A DNA stretch of 64,000 nucleotides, from positions 320,284-384,283 of the forward strand of contig JAJDYY010000008.1 in NCBI GenBank assembly GCA_022824965.1, in the 5' to 3' direction. This DNA comes from Gammaproteobacteria bacterium (lineage in GTDB: Bacteria > Pseudomonadota > Gammaproteobacteria > UBA4575). Shown one piece after another: positions 55,739 to 64,000 of the stretch (positions within the stretch are counted from its first letter, which is position 1; each line of letters begins with the position of its first letter). A model generated the notes under the pieces. The model did no database searches. It had not been told where the DNA came from and was given only the letters and a program-made list of their open reading frames with translations. The position numbers were made by a program, and so were the translations under genes.

Positions 55739-56630
55739 GCCGTAACGGGAGCCGGCTTTTGCCGGACGGCCGATACCCGAACGCGCACGCCTCTGGCGGC
55801 AAGTGCCCTTACTCTTGCCCGACCCGCTCCCAGCCGCTCAGGTCCTGCGGAGCACTGTGTTCTTCCAGCTGGTCCCAGACAATGTAACCAGAATCCTGTT
55901 CATACACGGCCCTGGCGGCATCTTCGGGGGTCGGAAAGGTCAGCGTCGGCATGCCATCGATCCACAGGTCCCACAGGCCCAGCGGTTCTTGCCGGATTAC
56001 AAATTCAGAAACATCTGTTTGTAATCTATACTCCATGGACTCGATTGTAGCGCACCCCTTTCTTGCATGGCTCAAGCGACTTTCTTTTTCCACGGCTTGT
56101 TCCCCGACGGCGGGAATGCCGGCAGGTGCAGGGGCCAGCCAAGCTGCAAAGTGCTGTTTGATGCGGAATTTGAAGGAAGTTTCCACTCCCACCTGCTGGC
56201 TGACCTGGAGACCGTGGTCGGAGATGACAAGGCATTGGCCTTCGAGGTGCGCCACGCCCTGCCCTTCGAGTGCCCCGAATTCCCGCAAGCTGCGGTCCGC
56301 TACTACCGTCAGGTCATGGGACCCCAGTCGACCACCGTCAGCCCGAGCGGACCCAAAGGCCCGACTCCCGGCCAACGTGCTTATCAAGTGCAGTGGGAAG
56401 TCTCCCTGCAAGCCCGCCGCAGAATCACTGGCCCACCGGTTTCGGGGTAGGGATCAGACCGTGTGGCCCCGCCATGCTGCCGGGCGAGGGATCGACTGAC
56501 TAAAATAGTTGCATACTGACAGGCATTTTTGATAAAAATCCCCGGCTGGCACAAGCGTTGTGCAGCCGTTTTATTTCAATACTTGAGAAGGTGATTTGCC
56601 AGTATTTGGCGCTAAGAAAAGGACCCAGCT

Positions 56631-56849
56631 ATGAGTACAGAAAACTTGGTGCGCCAGGCCACGGATCCCGGCTATATCATTGCCTGGAAATACAAATACG
56701 AATTTGAAACGGGCAGGTTCTCGGACGAGACGATGACCTATGGAGAGGCGCGCGAAAAATGTGAGGCGCTGAACCAGGAAAACCCGGACAAGACGTACTG
56801 GCCGGAAAAACAGAAACCGGACCCCGAGTGGCACCTGGTCTATGAATGA
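56631..56849 (+). CDS. Small hypothetical protein (72 aa)
   Basis: Good RBS (AAAAGGA) 7 nt upstream of the ATG and non-repetitive composition. No homolog recognised. Confidence 0.4.
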   Translation: MSTENLVRQATDPGYIIAWKYKYEFETGRFSDETMTYGEAREKCEALNQENPDKTYWPEKQKPDPEWHLVYE

Positions 56850-56875
56850 AACCTGACGTGCAGATCCTGCACGAT

Positions 56876-57526
56876 TCAGGGAGACAGTCTTTCGAGCTTC
56901 CACTCCCTGTCTGAGGACAGCGTGTAGCGCAGGCGATCGTGCAGCCGATTCGGGCGTCCTTGCCAGAACTCGAACTGGTCCGGGATGATCCGGTAACCTC
57001 CCCAGTGTTCCGGACAGGGGATTTCCTGCCCCTGGTAGCGCTGGCGCAGCTGTTTGTATGACTGTTCCAGTACCGAGTAGTCTCCGATCACCTGACTTTG
57101 CTGCGAGGCCAGGGTACCCAGCTGGCTGCCTCTGGGGCGTGAACGAAAATATTCAGCGGAATCCGCCGCCGGTATTTTCTCGACCTGGCCTGATATCCGT
57201 ACCTGCCGGTACAGCTTGTCCCACCAGAAACAAAGTGCAGCTGTCCGGGTAGCGAGCAAATCCTGGGCCTTGCTGCTGTTGTAATTGGTAAAGAAAACAA
57301 ATCCGGCTTCATCGAAGCCCTTCAGCAGGACCATGCGCGAAGATACTCCGCCCGTGCGACTGACCGTCGCAAGATTCATCGCATGGGGCTCCTTGAACCC
57401 AGAAGCAAGCATCTCATCGAACCATTGCCGGAACTGATCAAAAGGGTTCCTTGCAACAGTTTGCTCGTCCAGCGTTGCAGTTAGATAGGGACTCTCGGAC
57501 CCCTCGGTATCGTTCTTTCCTGGCAT
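56876..57526 (-). CDS. pdxH: Pyridoxamine 5'-phosphate oxidase
   Basis: PdxH signature (RMVLLKGFDEAGFVFFTNYNSSKAQDL; C-terminal YRIIPDQFEFWQGRPNRLHDR). Confidence 0.9.
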   Translation of the reverse strand: MPGKNDTEGSESPYLTATLDEQTVARNPFDQFRQWFDEMLASGFKEPHAMNLATVSRTGGVSSRMVLLKGFDEAGFVFFTNYNSSKAQDLLATRTAALCFWWDKLYRQVRISGQVEKIPAADSAEYFRSRPRGSQLGTLASQQSQVIGDYSVLEQSYKQLRQRYQGQEIPCPEHWGGYRIIPDQFEFWQGRPNRLHDRLRYTLSSDREWKLERLSP

Positions 57527-57546
57527 CGGGCTTTCTCGTTGCAGGG

Positions 57547-58170
57547 TTACATCAATGAAACCCCGGTACCGCCCAGTCCGCAGTAGCCATTCGGGTTCTT
57601 TGCCAGGTATTGCTGATGGTAGTCCTCTGCATAGTAAAATTCCGAGGCTTCAACAATTTCGGTCGTGATGGGCGAATGGCCTTGCCGGGCCAGCGCCTGC
57701 TGGTATTGCTGGCGGGTCTGCTCGGCAACGGCTCTCTGCTCCTCGTCATACACATAGATGCCCGAGCGATACTGGGTGCCCATGTCGTTCCCCTGACGCA
57801 TCCCCTGGGTCGGGTCGTGCGACTCCCAGAACAGCCGGACCAGACGGGCATAGCTGACAAGGTCCGGCGGATACACGATGCGCACGACCTCGTTGTGTCC
57901 CGTCATACCGGTACAGACTTCCCGATAGGTCGGGTTTGGAGTAAATCCGCCGGAGTAACCCACAGAAGTTGAATACACCCCTGCCAACTCCCAGAACTTT
58001 TTCTCGGCCCCCCAGAAACAGCCCAACCCGAACATGGCCAGGGCCATGCCGTCAGGAAAAGGCGGGGACAGCGGATTGCCGTTCACGTAGTGCCGGTTGG
58101 TTACCGGCATCGCCTCCAGTCGTCCGGCCAGTGCCCGATCGCTGGTCACCAGCTGTAATTTCCGAATCAC
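57547..58170 (-). CDS. msrA: Peptide methionine sulfoxide reductase MsrA (start uncertain)
   Basis: GCFWGAE active site. The ORF-track start at 58317 would overlap the thiC 3' end by 120 nt, so the start is probably internal. Confidence 0.85.
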   Translation of the reverse strand: MIRKLQLVTSDRALAGRLEAMPVTNRHYVNGNPLSPPFPDGMALAMFGLGCFWGAEKKFWELAGVYSTSVGYSGGFTPNPTYREVCTGMTGHNEVVRIVYPPDLVSYARLVRLFWESHDPTQGMRQGNDMGTQYRSGIYVYDEEQRAVAEQTRQQYQQALARQGHSPITTEIVEASEFYYAEDYHQQYLAKNPNGYCGLGGTGVSLM

Positions 58171-58195
58171 CGCAACTTCTCCCGAGGTGTCCCGG

Positions 58196-60103
<1,908 letters not shown>

Positions 60104-60154
60104 CTAAGTACTCGTATCGCAGCAGAGCAAAAGCGCATCCCAAGAAATTTCTGC

Positions 60155-60250
60155 ATTTAAGCTTCCCTCCGCCAGCATGATCTGGTTCAGGTTCCAAGGG
60201 TCACTCTCAGCCCGTGATCCACAGCGGGGCACCCCCAGCCTCAGAGCCTG
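60155..60250 (-). ncRNA. TPP (THI-box) riboswitch in the thiC leader
   Basis: The minus-strand sequence GGGGTGCCCC...GGGCTGAGAGTGACCCTTGGAACCTGAACCAGATCATGCTGGCGGAGGGAAGC contains the CTGAGA, ACCTGA and GCTGGCGGAGGGAA THI-element cores, upstream of the thiC ATG. Confidence 0.85.
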
Positions 60251-60356
60251 TAATACTAAAGGATCAGGCCGGTTTTGTGTATACACAATGTGCCTGCGAC
60301 AAGGCTTGCTCCAACAGGCCGCTGCCAGTACGCTGTTATCCGGTAGCCAGATTGTA

Positions 60357-61331
60357 ATGGATGCAACGCCCTTCAATATTGCCGTGGTGGGACCCGCCAG
60401 AAGCCTGCAGGGCACGGGCCCCTACATCACAAGGGCCTTTCACCAGTTGGGCTGCGATATCCGTGCCGTGGTCAGCAGTTCCCTCCAGTCCGCCACCGCT
60501 GCTGCAAATCATCTGGATAAAGAGTACGGCATTGGCTGCCAGGCCTTTGCCTCAATTGAAGAGCTCCTTGAAGCTGTACCGATTGACATCGTGGCGATCT
60601 GTTCTCCGCCCACTACACACCATCGATACCTGCAAGCCGCCATGGATGCCGACTGCCACATTTTCTGCGAAAAACCGCTGTGGTGGCCTGAACAGGAAGT
60701 TCGAACGCCCGAGTGTGCACAGCACCTCGCCGACGAGACCCTGCGCCTGGTCCAGCGTGCCCGCAGGCGTAACATCAACCTGCAACTGAACACGCAATGG
60801 GTCTACACACTGCCGGGCTTTTATGCACTGCATTGCCAACAGAATCCGGCGCCTCAGACCATCAAAACATTCTCCATGTGGCTGTCCCCGCAAAGTACGG
60901 GGAAGCAGATGATCATCGATGCCGTACCTCATGCACTCAGCATGCTTTATGCGATATTCGGTGCCGGGCGCATCCAGGAGCTCCGCTGTGACTCTCCAGG
61001 CGATAACCCGGATCAGGACCTCCAAATTCTGTTTGACTACCTGCATGCCACAGGTGACTGCACGGTTTCCCTCGACTTGAATTCGACGGATGTCCTGCCA
61101 AAGCCCGCGGCCTATGCCCTTAACCGGCAACGGGTCGACAGACATGTCGAACTCCCGGATTACCTGATATCATTGCGGTCTTCCGGCAAACAGGTGCCGA
61201 TCATGGATCCGCTGACGTGCTCGGTTAAGAACTATTTGGGTTCCATATATTCCGGATGCGGCGTAGACGAGACTGCACTGGTCGACGGGATGGAGCACTT
61301 GTTGCAAATTTATCTAGCTATAGACGCATAA
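60357..61331 (+). CDS. Gfo/Idh/MocA-family NAD(P)-dependent oxidoreductase
   Basis: Rossmann N-terminus (FNIAVVGPARSLQGTG...). The start is set at MDATPF. Confidence 0.65.
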   Translation: MDATPFNIAVVGPARSLQGTGPYITRAFHQLGCDIRAVVSSSLQSATAAANHLDKEYGIGCQAFASIEELLEAVPIDIVAICSPPTTHHRYLQAAMDADCHIFCEKPLWWPEQEVRTPECAQHLADETLRLVQRARRRNINLQLNTQWVYTLPGFYALHCQQNPAPQTIKTFSMWLSPQSTGKQMIIDAVPHALSMLYAIFGAGRIQELRCDSPGDNPDQDLQILFDYLHATGDCTVSLDLNSTDVLPKPAAYALNRQRVDRHVELPDYLISLRSSGKQVPIMDPLTCSVKNYLGSIYSGCGVDETALVDGMEHLLQIYLAIDA

Positions 61332-61339
61332 CCAGGCCC

Positions 61340-62731
61340 ATGGAAAAAATACATTCCGAAAGCGGCGAGGTGCTGATCAAGGTTTCGCCATTGATCAACT
61401 ACAGCAAGTTCGGTCTGCGATCGAACCCGGACGCTGTCCCGCAACCTTTGCACGTAAAAACCGCGGAACACCAGGTTGAGAAACAGACCGAGTTGTCTCC
61501 GCTGCATGACTTCATGGGCAAACTCCGCCAACCCGAGGTACTGGAAAACCTGAAAGAGTACGTGCGCTGGCAGGTACAGTGGCGCGAGGGCTATGCGGCA
61601 GATGCCATGACCCTCGAGCAGGCACTGGAAAGTGCGCCCCGACATGCACCGGTTTCCATCAACCTGGATGTGACCACCGCCTGCAACTACCGCTGCGATC
61701 ATTGTGTGGACATGGATATTCTGAACAAGAACATCAACTACGAGCATGAACTGCTCAAGGATTCCCTGACCCAGCTGGTAAACCATGGGTTGCGTTCCGT
61801 GATCATCATTGGCGGCGGTGAACCCACGGCCTACAAGGGATTTGAGGATGTTGTGCGCCACCTGAAGGCCATGGACGTGCAGATCGGCGTGGTCACCAAT
61901 GGCAGTATGATGAGAAAGATCCACGCGGTCGCCGACGTATTTCAAAAGCGTGACTGGGTGCGGCTTTCACTGGACTCCGGCACTAATGAAACCTTCCGCG
62001 CCATGCACAAGCCGGGCAGCAAAAAGTGCACGCTGGAGTGGATTTGCGAACACATCCCGCCCATCAAGCAACTGAACCCTGAACTCATGATCGGTTTCAG
62101 CTACATCATCGTGTGGCAAGACTGTGAAACCAACGATACGGGGATCATCGAGAATGTCGATGAAATGGTGGCGGCGGCACGACTGGCCAAGCAGCACCGG
62201 TTCGACTACATCTCCTACAAGCCGTTTCTCACGCGTTCCGAACTGAACAATGCCGAAGTGGTCGGCATTGAAAAGAGGCAAGAACACGTGGCCTCGACGA
62301 TGGCCAAGATCCGCAATGCCATCCACGAAGCTCAAAAACTGGAAGATGAAAACTTTGCAGTCGTGGAAAGCACCAACCTGCGGGTGCTGGAAAACGGCAC
62401 GTACATGAACTACAGCCAACAGCCCCACAATTGCCACATGCAGTATTTCAGGCAGGTGGTCAGCCCGCTCGGCATCTTCAACTGCCCGGTGTACCGCCAT
62501 GTCCCCCAGGCGCTGATCGGAGGCAAACACGCCTATGCCACGCCGGACAGCCTGCTGACCGCACAGAGGAATACCTTGCGTCTGATCGAGACGTTCGATG
62601 CTACCGAGGAATGCAAGGACGTGACCTGTCTGTACAACCACGCCAACTGGTTTATCGAGGATTTGATCAATCACCCGGAAAAACTGGACCAGCTGGGCGC
62701 CAGTTTTGACCGTGCGGACTATTTTCTCTAG
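61340..62731 (+). CDS. Radical SAM enzyme (about 463 aa, about 100-aa N-terminal extension)
   Basis: CNYRCDHC (CxxxCxxC) motif. Additional C-terminal Cys pairs (NCHMQY...FNCPVY) could form an auxiliary cluster. The start is set at MEKIHSE. Confidence 0.7.
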   Translation: MEKIHSESGEVLIKVSPLINYSKFGLRSNPDAVPQPLHVKTAEHQVEKQTELSPLHDFMGKLRQPEVLENLKEYVRWQVQWREGYAADAMTLEQALESAPRHAPVSINLDVTTACNYRCDHCVDMDILNKNINYEHELLKDSLTQLVNHGLRSVIIIGGGEPTAYKGFEDVVRHLKAMDVQIGVVTNGSMMRKIHAVADVFQKRDWVRLSLDSGTNETFRAMHKPGSKKCTLEWICEHIPPIKQLNPELMIGFSYIIVWQDCETNDTGIIENVDEMVAAARLAKQHRFDYISYKPFLTRSELNNAEVVGIEKRQEHVASTMAKIRNAIHEAQKLEDENFAVVESTNLRVLENGTYMNYSQQPHNCHMQYFRQVVSPLGIFNCPVYRHVPQALIGGKHAYATPDSLLTAQRNTLRLIETFDATEECKDVTCLYNHANWFIEDLINHPEKLDQLGASFDRADYFL

Positions 62732-63756
62732 GCCGGCCTGGTCCCCAGCAACTCTCTTGCACTCTCATAGACCCGCTGTACCGCAATGTCGCGCAGGCAA
62801 TTGTAGTGTCCGTAAGGACACTGCTTTTCCCAGCAGGGACTGCACTCCAGGTCCAGGTACTGGGTTCGTGCAATACTCGATAATGGCGGCGTGTACTCGG
62901 GCGTGATGGAACCGTAGATGGCCACTACCGGCCGGCCGACCGCGCTGGCGATATGCATCAGTCCCGAGTCGTTCGTGATGGCAACGCTTACCAGTGAAAG
63001 CAGGTCGACCACCTCTTCAAGACTGGTCTGCCCACATAGATTTTTAGCGCTTCCGCCCGAAGCGCTGACTACCTCCTGCCCGATGTCACGATCCTTGGAA
63101 GAGCCAAACACGTAAATCTCAAATCCCTCCTGCCTGAACCGCTTGGCCAGCTTGCCGAAATATTCGGCCGGCCAGCGTTTGGAGGGTCCGAACTCTGCCC
63201 CGGGCATCAATGCGATACTGGGCGTCGCCTCGCGGATCCCGAGCCGCGCGGCAGCCTTGCGACGCTTGCCTTCATGCACCCGTAGCTTGGGAAAACGGAT
63301 CTCGGGGGGATGGTGCGGCTGTGATGGGTCAGCGCCCAAATTCACATACCGTTCCACGGCCTTGTACGTGACCTCCGTATCGAGTACCCGCATATCGTTG
63401 ATGACCCCGTAACGCATTTCTCCGCGGTAGGCGGTTCGCTGCGGGATACCGGCAAAGTAGGGTATCAGCGCGGACTTGAAGGATCTTGGCAAAACAATGG
63501 ACTGGTCGTATCGGTCGCGCAACGTCCGGCCGATCCGCCTGCGCTTGAGCAGGCCCAGCTCGCCATGGTTCAAGTCCACTTCCACGATATTCCTGACTTC
63601 AGGCATGCGGGCAAGCACCGGAGCGGACCATGCCGGTGCAGCCACGTCTATGACATTGTCCGGGTTTTGGTGTTTCAGAGCCATGAACAAGCTCTGCACC
63701 ATCACCATGTCACCCACCCAGGCTGGGCCGATGATCAGAATTTTCCTCGCGCTCAA
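62728..63756 (-). CDS. waaF: ADP-heptose:LPS heptosyltransferase II
   Basis: N-terminus (L)SARKILIIGPAWVGDMVMVQSLF aligns with E. coli WaaF MKILVIGPSWVGDMMM. This implies a TTG start at 63756. Confidence 0.8.
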   Translation of the reverse strand: MSARKILIIGPAWVGDMVMVQSLFMALKHQNPDNVIDVAAPAWSAPVLARMPEVRNIVEVDLNHGELGLLKRRRIGRTLRDRYDQSIVLPRSFKSALIPYFAGIPQRTAYRGEMRYGVINDMRVLDTEVTYKAVERYVNLGADPSQPHHPPEIRFPKLRVHEGKRRKAAARLGIREATPSIALMPGAEFGPSKRWPAEYFGKLAKRFRQEGFEIYVFGSSKDRDIGQEVVSASGGSAKNLCGQTSLEEVVDLLSLVSVAITNDSGLMHIASAVGRPVVAIYGSITPEYTPPLSSIARTQYLDLECSPCWEKQCPYGHYNCLRDIAVQRVYESARELLGTRPA

Positions 63757-63937
63757 GGGTATTTGCGGTACCGCACCGGATTCATGAAACCTGTTTGTTT
63801 TTCCAGTATATTGCCGTGCATCGGCGGGCCTGTGGCTCATGCACGGATGATGTTGATATAGTTTACAAACGCCTGCCGAAGAATATACGAATCAGAGTAT
63901 AAATAGGCCCGTGGATATCGAACAAGCCAGATTTAAC

Positions 63938-64000
63938 ATGATCGAGCAGCAGATACGTCCCTGGGACGTTCTGGATACGGGTGTGTTGGAAGTGATCAGG
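63938..64000 (+). CDS. Start of a probable protein-L-isoaspartate O-methyltransferase-like gene (runs off the window)
   Basis: MIEQQIRPWDVLDTGVLEVIR resembles the Pcm N-terminus (…VLEVIRRTPRH). Only 21 codons are visible. Confidence 0.3.
   Translation, partial: MIEQQIRPWDVLDTGVLEVIR

Noticed and set aside
60104-60415. 103-aa minus-strand ORF upstream of thiC
   Set aside because: It coincides with the TPP riboswitch and leader. The riboswitch explains the conservation.

Overview
This is a high-GC gammaproteobacterial-type chromosomal segment that carries a roughly 19 kb island of visibly lower GC, inserted at the 3' end of a tRNA-Met (CAT) gene. Boundaries are approximate: about 16.59 kb on the left and 35.47 kb at the tRNA on the right.

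Core genes on the left are RNase T (partial), GrxD, AsnB, an orphan hydantoinase-B, argD-argF, an EgtD-like methyltransferase, an alanine/Na symporter, nadC, mazG, GTP-type PEPCK, a SLOG/Mo-carrier-like protein, a SYLF protein, a GNAT protein and an NmrA protein.

Core genes on the right are ychF-pth-rplY-prs, tRNA-Gln, ispE-lolB, a TPR lipoprotein, hemA-prfA-prmC, gatCAB, mreBCD, a ChaN-like protein, rnd, a BolA-like protein, metY, pdxH, msrA, a TPP riboswitch with thiC, a Gfo/Idh/MocA oxidoreductase with a radical-SAM enzyme convergent on waaF, and a Pcm-like gene start.

The island looks like a defense island, with this cargo, listed from the tRNA end:
- a P4-type integrase next to the tRNA;
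- an AT-rich non-coding stretch with three 11-bp iterons and a perfect 14-bp inverted repeat;
- a second tyrosine recombinase plus AlpA;
- an orphan protein of about 349 aa;
- a UDG/MUG-like gene broken by a frameshift;
- a complete type I R-M system (hsdM, hepT-like, MNT::hsdS fusion, hsdR) with an embedded HepT/MNT toxin-antitoxin pair;
- a same-strand cluster of four small genes (FRG-domain protein, DUF2513 protein, Cys-rich membrane-anchored protein, HEAT-like small ORFs), which I rate the best candidate for an undescribed anti-phage system;
- a giant gene of about 1300 aa with an N-terminal Mrr-like nuclease domain and long TPR/helical repeats, split into two ORFs by a frameshift at a T6 homopolymer.

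All calls rest on reading the supplied translations and the DNA by eye. No database search was run.
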